Shown in pieces: positions 1-10,270 of a DNA stretch of 48,751 nucleotides (position 1 is its first letter; each line of letters opens with the position of its first letter). The translations under genes and the position numbers were made by a program. The stretch covers positions 1 through 48,751 of the forward strand of contig JALDZS010000176.1 of the NCBI GenBank assembly GCA_022813965.1, read 5' to 3'. The notes below the pieces were generated by a model. The model did no database searches and was not told the DNA's origin. It worked only from the letters and a program-made list of their open reading frames with translations. This DNA comes from Toensbergia leucococca (lineage: Eukaryota).

Positions 1-63
1 TCTCCCAAGGTTCCAGATCACTTCCAGGAGAGGATCCTGAAGGGCGATTTCTACATGGATTAG
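1..63 (+). CDS. 3' end of a gene truncated by the window edge (…SPKVPDHFQERILKGDFYMD*), hypothetical protein
   Basis: Frame 1 is open from base 1 to TAG 61-63. The ending ILKGDFYMD* resembles a conserved fungal hypothetical-protein C-terminus (from memory, not searched). Confidence 0.45.
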   Translation, partial: SPKVPDHFQERILKGDFYMD

Positions 64-589
64 GTTCACCGATCACGAATACGATAGTGGTACAAGGTCG
101 TCTGTGTAATCAGACCGATGTAAACAATGGTCCGCCTCATCCACCATCTCTTCATGTCAGCACTACTTCCAAGGTCGCTATGACAGCCGTTGCACGGGTT
201 TGCTTGTCGATCATGGCCCGCTGGAATTACTGATTACTGTGCAGCTTTTGCTATCCACCTACTAGCTTCATGATGCTATCAGCATGCTACCTTACTCGAC
301 ATAACACGGTCACTTTCGAACCTATTCCAGCCCTACCCGGCCAACCCCGAGACTCATGTAGGCGATGCACCGAGTGGCATGCTGTTGCTCTTTATTTTTC
401 AAAATACGCCTATTCGAATTTGCAATTGGCTTACGAGGTGGGGCAATCAATTTCTGTCGGAGAAGGCGACTGGCGCAATAAAGTCAAGTTGGCAAGGCGC
501 TATCAAGCAATCGTTTGTATCATATGCAGACTCAAGCTACTTGTTTTACGGAGTCTATCATTCTACTTCATGTAAAGTAGAGCAAATGG

Positions 590-1050
590 ATTGACTTCAA
601 GCTTTGATGACACTTGAGCTGGATAGCAACACGATGTAATTTGCAACAAATAGCAATGTATTTCTACTCGGGCGTGAGCCACTTTTCATTCTTTGTGACT
701 TATATTCTCGGTGAAGTTCTTGGTCACTACAAGTGCTCTCATTCTTGTTTGTAGCAAAGTGTTGATGTATTGGTTTTGAAAACCACAAGTGCCTTCAGAG
801 TATGAGAACTTATTCAGAGAACATGAAATGAGAATATATACATGTAGATTTGATGAGATGAGAAAATGGGTTGTCAGATCTATCTCAGAGTCAGGCTAAT
901 GCGTTGATAAATAGATAGAGAATCTAACAAAGAGAGCAGCCTGCACTGTATTTGAATGTTATTGCTGATCTAGTGAATTGACACTCTCAACAATGGATTC
1001 CTTGCCACAATTTTATTCGTTAGATGGGAAATCGTAGAGGATAGGTATAT
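590..1050. repeat. AT-rich, CpG-poor intergenic tract, probable decayed repeat/TE relic
   Basis: Low GC, few CG dinucleotides (almost none in 721-1010), many TG/CA, no credible ORF. Confidence 0.4.
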
Positions 1051-1357
1051 TAGGGTTGAAGTCAGCATCGTACGAGTAGCTTCCTGGGCTTTTCGATCTA
1101 ACCCGGAGTGGAATAGCTAGAGATTTGAACTGAGTTTGAGGGGAAGTTGAGGGTGACGGTGAATCTGTGATGACGGCGGCATCAAATCGAGGAATCTTAC
1201 ATGTTACCCTGCCGTCGCACTCCTCTGATGTATTGCGAATTCCCTACACTCCCTCACTTTCATTTCCTTTGTTACACTCACTCAATTTCATTCTCGTTCT
1301 CGTAATAGCAATCATAACCCCATTCGACTTCCTGCTTACCTCTGCCTCACTGCTGTT

Positions 1358-2755
1358 ATGGCTCCTTCCGCCATTGATCCCCCGACAAATGAGCAAGAAC
1401 AAAAGCGCCTGCTGCTGAAGTCTCAGATCAGTGAAGTTGAAGATGAGTCAGATGGAGACCGAAACAACAAAAATGATATACTAGCCCAATCCGCCGAACA
1501 GAACGGTCACAAAAGCAACCGCTCATCGAACACCAATGGGACTACGGCAGAGAAGGAGGACACAAACATCATGGTCGAGGGCTTTGAAGCCAAAGACGGC
1601 CAAAAATTGACGAGCATCGATTTTGGATCGCAGCGTGAAGAAACTCCAAAGGAAGTCGAAAAGCAGAAGGCCCAGCCAAAGCAAGGCTCTAGCCAGGAGC
1701 TCGTCAGCGGTCGCCAAGCTGGCAAAGGCTGGGACAAAATCAGCTTCGCCCCGCTCAATGTTCCAGCCAAACGCCGTCTTCAAACCCTCACCGTCCTCAC
1801 CGCCCAACTCCTCCTCCCTATCCTCCTCACCGTCTTCTTACTCCTCTGTTGCATCCCCATCCTCTGGCCCCTCCTCCTCCCCTACCTTCTCTACGTTCTC
1901 TTCTCCTCAGCACCCCACAGTGGTACCCTCTCCCATCGCTCCGAGTTCTTCCGCTCCCTCCGCCTCTGGTCCCTCTTCGCCTCTTATTTCCCTGCCCGCC
2001 TCCACCGCTCCCAAACCCTTCCCCCAACCCGCAAATACATCTTCGGCTACCATCCCCACGGTATCATCTCTCACGGCGCCTTTAGCGCATTTGCCACGGA
2101 AGCTCTTGGCTTCGCCCAACTCTTCCCCGGCATCACAAACACCCTCCTCACCCTCGACAACAACTTCCGCGTCCCCCTCTACCGGGATTATGCCCTCACC
2201 CTCGGCCTCGCCTCCGTGTCGCGCGAATCCTGCGAAAACATCCTCTCCAAAGGCGGCCCCAACAACGAAGGCATGGGCCGCGCCATCACCATCGTCATCG
2301 GCGGCGCCCGTGAATCTCTCGCGGCAGAACCTCACATGCTACGCCTAATCCTCAAGCGCCGGAAAGGTTTCGTCAAGCTCGCCCTCCGCACAGGCGCCGA
2401 CCTCGTCCCCGTACTCGGCTTCGGCGAAAACGAAATTTTCGATCAACATACTCCGGTGCCGCACTCCCTCCTCTTCAAAGTCCAACTCATGGTCAAGAAC
2501 ATATTGGGCTTCACCATTCCCTTGTTCCATGCCCGCGGCGTCTTCAACTACGATGTCGGCCTGATGCCGTACCGTCGGCCGCTGAATATTGTTGTCGGCC
2601 GGCCGATTAAGATTGTGCAGCAGAGAGGGAACCTGGATGATGCGGAGGTGGATCGGATCCATGGATTGTACTGCGTAGAGATTCAGCGGCTTTGGGACGA
2701 GTGGAAGGATCGTTTTGCTGGGGGCAGGAAGATGGAGATGGAGCTTGTGGATTAA
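1358..2755 (+). CDS. DGA1: Diacylglycerol O-acyltransferase (DGAT2/DAGAT family)
   Basis: 465 aa single exon with a TM segment and motifs YFP, FGYHPHG, GGARE, RKGFVKLA, VPVLGFGEN, RRPLNIVVGRPI. Confidence 0.95.
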   Translation: MAPSAIDPPTNEQEQKRLLLKSQISEVEDESDGDRNNKNDILAQSAEQNGHKSNRSSNTNGTTAEKEDTNIMVEGFEAKDGQKLTSIDFGSQREETPKEVEKQKAQPKQGSSQELVSGRQAGKGWDKISFAPLNVPAKRRLQTLTVLTAQLLLPILLTVFLLLCCIPILWPLLLPYLLYVLFSSAPHSGTLSHRSEFFRSLRLWSLFASYFPARLHRSQTLPPTRKYIFGYHPHGIISHGAFSAFATEALGFAQLFPGITNTLLTLDNNFRVPLYRDYALTLGLASVSRESCENILSKGGPNNEGMGRAITIVIGGARESLAAEPHMLRLILKRRKGFVKLALRTGADLVPVLGFGENEIFDQHTPVPHSLLFKVQLMVKNILGFTIPLFHARGVFNYDVGLMPYRRPLNIVVGRPIKIVQQRGNLDDAEVDRIHGLYCVEIQRLWDEWKDRFAGGRKMEMELVD

Positions 2756-3023
2756 GGGTGGGTGGTTTTTGCTGGGCGGTGGGCTGCCGGGGGCCGGGGG
2801 GGGGGGTAAATGATGAGAAAGGAGACGCTGTACCTGTATGCTTTGGAGAAGCGAAATTGTTTGAGTAGGGTCGAGGTGGATTCTTGTACTGCTTTGTAAC
2901 ATGTATGAAATCGATGAAGGCTTCTACTATTTCCTCCCTTTTTCTATTATTTTCTTTTCTCGCAACACTTTGCGAAGATGATTAATAGTTTGTTCTTGGA
3001 CCCCTTTAGTACCCATTCTTTCC

Positions 3024-3930
3024 TTTTTTTTTTTTTTTTTTTTTTTTCTTTTTGGAGTTGGGGGTGGGGGGAAAGAGAGTCGTCACCCTACCACCCCGTT
3101 TTCCCCAAATCAACTTCAGAGTACTGATCTTCTTTCCCAAGCTAAGAATTAGCATCGCCTTTCCCTTCCCCTTTCTCCTTCCCTTCCCTCCTCGCTCTTT
3201 CCCTCCCCCCTCTCCCTTCCAAAAAAAAACCCGCCTTATCCCACGCCACTCCACTCCACGCCTCTCTACGCCACGCCACGCCATCATACGCCACGCCACC
3301 CTATGCCACGCCACACCACCCAAACCCAACACAAACCCACAAACACGAACACGAACACACATCCACAAACACAAACACGAACACGAACATGAACACGGAC
3401 CCACGTCACTCAGCTCCTCAGCTCCCCCAGCCCACCCTCCCTCAGCGACGCTAGTTTTCGTATCTGAACTCTGCCCCTGTTTTTCCGTTTTCTGTTTTCT
3501 GTTTTCTGTTTTCCGTTTTTCTTTTTTCTTTTTTCTTTTTCTGGGAAGAGGGATGTGTGTGTGTGTGTGTGCGGGTGTGTGTGTGATGGGCGAGGAAATT
3601 GACCATCTCTGTCTTTTTTTCTGATTTTTGAAGGGTGGGGGGCCAGGGGAGCTGTTTGTGATTTGGAGAGGGAGAGGGAGAGGGGTGTTTGAGAAAAGAA
3701 CGGAGAGGGGAGTATTTGAGAGTAGGGGATTAGGGAAGAGTAGGGGAGAGGGAAACGTGGGAGTAAATGGGCAAAACAGGAAAAGGATCCGCAAAAACCC
3801 AACCGGGGAAGAGGCGGCGGGGAAGGGGATGTGCGTCGAAAAAAAAAAAGTTGGAAATCTGGATAGGCGAGCAAGTGTCAAAAAAAAAAAAGAAAATAGA
3901 AAGTCATATACTACGAAGAATAAAAAAATA
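3024..3930. repeat. Compound simple-sequence-repeat block
   Basis: Poly-T ~3024-3052, (CCACG)n ~3241-3315, (ACACAA/ACACGA)n ~3328-3396, (TTTTCTG)n ~3479-3520, (GT)n ~3554-3585, poly-A runs 3839-3930. Confidence 0.9.
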
Positions 3931-4050
3931 ATCGAAAGCCATGTATGCCCCCTTCCGCCCCACCCAAGCACGCCATCCATATGCCCTCTCGCTAAATGAA
4001 GTCGCTACCACAACCAACCCCTATTATAAAATTCCCCCCACCCCGCCCTT

Positions 4051-6029
4051 TCACTCCGCCCCGGTCCATTCAAATTTCCCATCCACATTCCTCCACCCGC
4101 CCCCCACAATCCCCGCCTCCCACCCCATCATCACTCCCAAAACCCGACACGCCACGCTCGCAATCCCACAAACCACCACATCCGCATGACCTACAACGGC
4201 CAAATCCAACAGATACGCCCGGCCAACCAATTCTCTCAGCTGCAACGCCAACGCGCTCGGTGGCGGAGGCGCTTGCTGCTCGTTTCGCGAGGTTCTTGTC
4301 TCGGTCGTCACCGCTGCCGGCTGCAAGGGGAGTTGGCTGTGGCTTGTTGGGTGTTGATGCTCTTTTCTGGCGGTGGATTGGGGGGAGGGGCCTGAGTGAG
4401 GGGATCCGAGGCCCCAGAAGACGTCTTTGAAGAAGCCGCCTTCCCAGCCGAGGTTTTCCTCGATGAAGGGGTGGCGTGGGGGTTGGGAGCCTTGGGCCTG
4501 GTCAAGGGCGGTTTTGCTGGCGAGGAGAATTTGCGATTGCGCGCGGGAGAAGTGGGTGAAGTCGGGGGAGATGTAGACGTCTGGGTCGTCTGAGGCGAGG
4601 ATAGTTTGGGAAGATTTGTGGATTCCGAACGGGTTGGTATTAGTGTGGTCGGTGATATTGGGGTCTGAGACGGTGAGGGTGGTGTTGAGGGCGTTGTGGA
4701 TGGTGTTGGTGTAAATGTCATGGGGAATGTACGACTTCTGGTATTGGAATTCCCACGGATGGCGGTCGCCGTGGCGGATGTGCACACCGACTGTGATGCC
4801 GCCTTTTGCGCGGGTCTGGGCGAGGTCTTCGAGGCGGGAAGAAAGGTATTCTGCGTCGGTGCTTGCGAGGTGGAAGAGTGCTTCGTAGCCGGTGCGGAGG
4901 AGGGAGAAGATGGGTTGTTGGCGGAGGACTCCGGCTTTGTGGGTGTCTTGAAATCGGTCTTGGAAGGCGCGGCCGAAGGTCCACAGGGTTGTTGAGGCTG
5001 AGACGAGGAGGTGGCGGGCTTGGTGGGGACACGGGAGGCGATGGTTGTAAGGGGGTGGGAGGCAGGATGGAGTCGGTGGAGGCTGGAAGAAGGTGGCGTA
5101 ACTGCCGTACGCCCTATCAAAGAATCAGTCAAGAGCACTGGTCTGACCGATGCTTGGGAGTCTTACCAATTCGTGTCATCGATGAAGAAAGCTCGGCCTT
5201 CTTTCTTGGCTAGACCGTATGACATCCATAGACCTATCAATGTCTTTCCAAAACCAGCATCATTTGTTTCCAGTACGTAAGTGAGGCTCCTATCACAAAC
5301 TTCATCTGTCTTCTTGTCCTGCATTGTCTGTAGTTTCTCGCCTGCAGAATTCCCTTCCACATATTCCCAACTCCATTTCTCAAGCTTGCCCTCTATCGCA
5401 GGTGAAAGTCCTTGACTCTCTGCCTCATCCACATCTAGGAAGCTACCATCCACACGATAATAATCATCACGGCCTCCGTGTTGAGAAGATCCTCCGTAGC
5501 CGCTCGTATCCCGTAAATGCCTTGCTACTGCCTCAGATTGCTGACAGATCTTGGCATATTCGTTTGGCCTTAGAGGTGACTTCAAAGTGGGTGGTATTGA
5601 TACCGTCCACTTGGGTTTACCTCTCTTGTCGATGACGATTATCGGCGAGGGTTCCTGTGGTGCCGAATGATCTCCAAGACTTTGATAAGCTTCGCCTACG
5701 CGAGACAAGTAGTTGAGTGCATCAGGCGACCTGATCACTTCCAGGAGCTTGAAGCCTAACCAGTAGACTAAGGCGATGCCACCAACCCACACGAGCGAGC
5801 GTGCAAAGAACCTCACAACACTCCTCAGACGGAATGGAGGTGGCTTTTTGCCATGTCGTGGTAAGATTGAAGGTAGACCTGGGGAAGGGAGTGGAGATTC
5901 GAGTAAGCTGTCAAAGCCATACTTGGACAATGGTTCCGACAGAGTCGAAGACACAGAAGATATTGAAGATATTGATGAGGATGCTCGGCGGATAGATACG
6001 GGTTGTATAGCTCGGGAAGAAACAAGCAT
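4051..6029 (-). CDS. Type II membrane glycosyltransferase, FUT8/NodZ (GT23)-like fucosyltransferase fold; 2 exons (intron 5114-5166)
   Basis: A GT-AG intron joins ORF 5163..6029 (…DDTNW) to AYGSYATFF… and on into ORF 4051..4785. N-terminal TM. Motifs GVHIRHGD, ILASDDP and DLAVVGHADVVVCGIASVACR match fucosyltransferase motifs I-III. Confidence 0.75.
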
Positions 6030-7350
6030 TTCGAGTCAGACCTAGTGACAATTGAGTGTGCAATCGCAGCCCAGGCGAAGGGAATCCCTTTTCGAGGTAA
6101 ATGGTAGTGTGCAAAAAAGTCAATTCAATTGGATGAGGAAGTGAATCGACGCAGTCGGTGATAGCTTTCTTGGGCGTACCAGACGCCGACTACGGGCCAG
6201 AGAAAACACGTAGAGCATCAATGAAGATAAGATGTCGATCCACGGGGAAATGGAATGGCGAGTAAAGTGAAGTTTCTTGAATTATAGCCGCGTGCAAGAT
6301 TCAGGGAGGGCCGGAGAATAAGAACCACTAAGACGTGGACGCAAAAGAGACAGATTCAGGTCACAAGACGGGTGGATAGCAGTAGCACGTAAAGATATGA
6401 AGCAAATAGAAATCTAGACAAATGATATGAGGAGCATTGAAATATGAACAACAAACAGAGCAAGATATGTAGGTAGTAATTAATGATGAAACAATTCACG
6501 GATCGAGGATGGTGGGAACAGAAAGAGAGAGGTGAGAGTCAAGTGTGGCCATCCAAACGGACGCTGGATGATCCTGGCTCATTAATGATTAATTAATGTC
6601 ATCAGTCTTCCTCTTCCTTCTGCTCACCGACACACCCGTGACCCCCCTCTTCTCTGGTGCATATCCATGGATATGCTTTGTGCTCCACTCCCTTTGCTCC
6701 TTGCTGGAGTGGCCAAGTGGGATTTTCAAACGCGGAGAGGAAGCGGCTTCGTCATAGTCACTTACGGAGTACAGTAGTGAAACACACCACACCCCCCTGT
6801 CCTGACCACTCACATGCGAGAATGCCTCGGCCAGACCTTTTTCAATCCATCTTTCCGCCCGCTAAATGAAACCGCACAGATTCGTCCCGAGGCAGATATC
6901 AGACTCTTCATAATTCTACCAAGACCATATCCTATCATTCAGCCAACACCCCGGCCACCCAGCGCCTATCATTCTCCACCTTTATATGTGACATACATCA
7001 TGCATCCAACATTATATAATAGATAGGTAGTAAACTGCCGTCTCCAGCATGATTTGCCTGTGCCATTCTGTACAACATGTCTTCGTCACCCCCGCGTTGA
7101 ATATTGCATTTCACATTGCATTTCACGGACCCTGGACTGCATCCAGATTCCTCTACCTCCCTGCTCTTCGATCTGGATCCTAGCCCCGCAGCTGCTGTCT
7201 CGGCATTCCCAGGCATCTAGCCGCATTAAGAGCAGATAAGCCTTCCTTTGCTGTTTCTTACTGGAACAGGCTGTCTTATCCATCGGCAATTACAGGCTTC
7301 TTCAGGCAGACATTTAGGCTTAGTAGCAGGGATGGCCATGCCTGGAATGT

Positions 7351-8541
7351 CTATGCTCGGATCATTAAAATCTGTCGTAAAAACATCCATCAGCCAAAGG
7401 CTCTTCGAAGCGGAACACTTGACCTACCTCGTTCAAAGCTTTAGAATCCATCATTGCCATTCTTTTATTCCGTATATAACGTTGCCTGACGCTGAAGGCT
7501 GCATGCATTTTGGGTAGGTGATGCTTCGGCTCCGTAACGGCTTGCTCGATTGCTGTTCCCCCTGCAGCATCTGGTGCCTGATGATGGGGAGGTGTTTCAG
7601 CCGAAGACGTATTCAAGGCTCCGCTCTCCTCCTTTTCTATCAAGACATCCTTGGCTTCTCTTCTCAGCCTTTTCTCCAGCTTCCTCTCCGCTTTCTCGGC
7701 CCGTCTTTGCGCTTTGTCTGACTGTGATGCATGTATAGAGTCTGTAACGGCTGATAAGGTCGGTACGACGGGCTCCTTCTCGGCTGGCGAAGGCACAGTA
7801 ATTTGTGCCTCATCCATTGATGAAAGTAGTCCAACGTTCGGCTGGGTTGCAGTCGTTTTCTGGGTCGACTTTTTAGCTCGCTTGCGCTTTTTCTCACTTG
7901 AATCACCGACGAACGCATTCGTAGATATTTGATCCATGCTCTCATCTCTAGGCTTTTCGAATTCTTCCGATTTTGCAGGTTCAGGATTCACCAAAAGTAC
8001 TGTGTTGGAAGAATGTAAATCTTGAACTCTTTTTCCCTCGAGGTCTTGTATTTTATCCCCAACCAGAAATCCACCGCTCACGAAGCGAAGGGAGCCCCAG
8101 CGACTTTCTGTGTATATTGCTGTCCTCACAGCTTCTCGTGAAATTTGTTCTTTCTCAACGTCGGTCTCGCTCTTGCCATTCAAACGGCCCAGAACACTCT
8201 GAAATACGTCCAGTCCAACACATTGGCCTTCACTAATTGCGCTCCCACGCTGTGCTCCTAGGCCAAGATTGTCGTCTTTGAGCATAACCCGTAAGTGAGA
8301 AGCATTGGCTTTAGTGTGCAAGCTGGCGTGGGGGGCATCATTAGCACCTAGATATGCTCCCGGAGTCCAACCCTGCGATAGAAGCATTCTTTGCCCGAAA
8401 CTGGTGGTGGAGCGACCCCATGCTGTGTTTTGGGGATCATGAGAATATTTAGCACGCCTTCAATGTTCAGAAATTGTTAGCCTTTTAGAATTAGAAGATA
8501 GTTTGGAGACTAGTTTACTTGCGCGGAGCTCCAAGGCCCAT
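7351..8541 (-). CDS. PXR1: G-patch protein Pxr1/PinX1 (ribosome biogenesis); 3 exons
   Basis: Exon 1 MGLGAPRK, then DPQNTAW…FGQRMLLSQGWTPG…KDDNLGLG (G-patch), a Lys-rich region, and C-terminal VRQRYIRNKRMAMMDSKALNE|ILMIRA*. Confidence 0.9.
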
Positions 8542-8788
8542 GATCTGCTGTAATGATAATTGATATCAAACGACAATATTGAATTAGAATATGTAGAGAA
8601 GAAATTGTGCAATTTTGGAAAGCGCCTCAGCCCTACCCGATAAGCCCTAACCTAGCTCCCTAGATAACGAATCTCGAAAAGTACCTCGGTATCTTTAATT
8701 CGAAGACTTGCTATCCAAAGGTCGCACCTTTGACCTCTGAAACTCTAGTGTCGAGGAGTCCGTCCATTCCCTCAACGGCCGGGGTTTA

Positions 8789-9383
8789 ATGGCACGTACC
8801 CGAATTGCTCCAAAGGCCTCTAAAGGTCCCAAAGCCCCTAAGCAGGCCCAACAATCCCCGGCAGCCGAGAACCATGAAGCCGCAGGTCTATCTCCCGGAT
8901 CCCAAGACTCGGAAGATTTAGCAGTCGCCGAAATGGCAAACAAAATGATGAAAGCAGCAAGTTCTTCGGGTCGAATCTTTCAAGATCCCTGACATCTAGC
9001 TGAAGTTCCCAGTAGACGAATAAGCGGCGGGAGGTCCGACGAAAGGTTATCCGGGACATGCACGCGCGGGAAGTGACTAGGCTCCGGGAGAAAATTGAGG
9101 CTAGCATTGAGGGAGTAGCGGAGCGCATGTTAGTGCTGTGGTTGTGCATGGTCCGTGGAATCTTTGTACGGGTCTGATTCCAAGGAGCAGGAATAAAGCG
9201 CATAAAACTCGTCTCGACAGAATTTCTGAGCTGCTGAACAGGAGGGCTTCGATCGAAGAAAAATTGTTTGCCTGTGCCGAGAGGGTGGAAAAGGCCTTTT
9301 CGGACGCTAGTCAGGAGTTGAGAGTTACCCTTGAAGGACGGATGAGGGATATAGAAGAGCTTGATAATGCTGTGGTGCTTTAA
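8789..9383 (+). CDS. Small hypothetical coiled-coil protein (~155 aa) with H3-tail-like N-terminus; 3 exons (GC-AG intron 8957-9015, GT-AG intron ~9129-9190)
   Basis: Splicing GCA|GCAAGT…CAGTAG|ACG and CAT|GTTAGT…GAGCAG|G gives one continuous frame: MARTRIAPKASKGPKAPKQ…TNKRREVRRKVIRDMHAREVTRLREKIE…NKAHKTRLDRISELLNRRASIEEKLF…ELDNAVVL*. Confidence 0.6.
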
Positions 9384-9772
9384 GGCTCTTTTTTCGGCGT
9401 CGTGGAGACGTATTATTTACGCATGCTGCAGTGAAGCTCAAGAGAAGAGCCTGGATTTGGCCTGCCATCACAGATTCATGGATTCCAAACTTCGGGAACA
9501 GGGCTAGATCGTCGCTCATTTGTGAAGAAGCAAGAGCTTCAGCATCGAGCTCACAATTTCCCCAACTATGTGGCATAAAGAAGCCTATAGCCCAGTCTGA
9601 CAACTGGTTCGCATTGACTATACAAATAATTGCTTATGTAAAGCTAAATCTAGATCTACTGATAAATATCTTGTTGTGCATGCTTAGAATTGCCTCAATA
9701 GAGGTGCATTCGTCCAAGGATTGCTTCTTAATACCCATCTAGTGTCTTTCTACGTTCTATCTATCAGAAGCA

Positions 9773-10270
9773 ATGGAGTGTGGTCGCGCAGACTCGAGTC
9801 CAACTTCCTACTCAGCGCTTAGTGATATTTTCAACATCTTCATGACGCCTGGATCTCTCACATTGAAGCAAGGGATACGTTTGTCCAAAGCAGTCATGTA
9901 AAGCAGAACAAAAGTCCAAGGCCGACCTTATAGCATAGAACTTGACAGGCTGACAAACTGAAACCGATACTAACTATATTGTAGAACTTTCGTCTCCATG
10001 AAACGGAGCCTCGAAGAGCCAAACGGGCACAATGAAACTCAAATCTTCGTCCAAAAAAGACAAACAGAATTTGACCGTAGTGATTCCGCGAAAGAGGAAC
10101 AAATCGGTTGTCGTGGACCTGGTTCCGGACGGCCGAGTCTTTTGAATCTCGGTAAACATTCCAAGAGTATCCGGTTATTTTGCTTCCGTATGATACAATT
10201 GATGGACAAATTTCAGATGCCTTCTTTAACATTGATCCTCCAAAATTTCCATCCTTCTCGTTTCTCATGA
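9773..10270 (+). CDS. Candidate orphan two-exon ORF (intron 9898-9984) overlapping the ERG12 3' end
   Basis: Donor GTAAAG, perfect TACTAAC branch site and TAG acceptor join two frames in phase. No recognisable homology. Confidence 0.25.

Noticed and set aside
1507..2902. Antisense and alternate-frame ORFs over DGA1 (likewise over the GT23-like gene, AGO and the DCL2 3' end)
   Set aside because: Shadow ORFs produced by extreme C/G-biased codon usage; no protein motifs.
3241..3520. Short periodic repeats as a possible CRISPR-like array
   Set aside because: 5-7 bp tandem units without unique spacers, in a eukaryotic genome.
3006..3999. Several long overlapping ORFs (324, 190, 154, 123 aa)
   Set aside because: They translate microsatellite and homopolymer tracts; low-complexity, stop-poor artefacts.
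6050..7350. Long intergenic region with small ORFs and an AT-rich palindrome near 6580-6598
   Set aside because: No recognisable coding or ncRNA motifs; consistent with UTR and promoter sequence.
8631..8660. CCCTAACC telomere-like motif upstream of PXR1
   Set aside because: Single short copy; at most a promoter telobox, not an interstitial telomere or a supportable telomerase RNA template.
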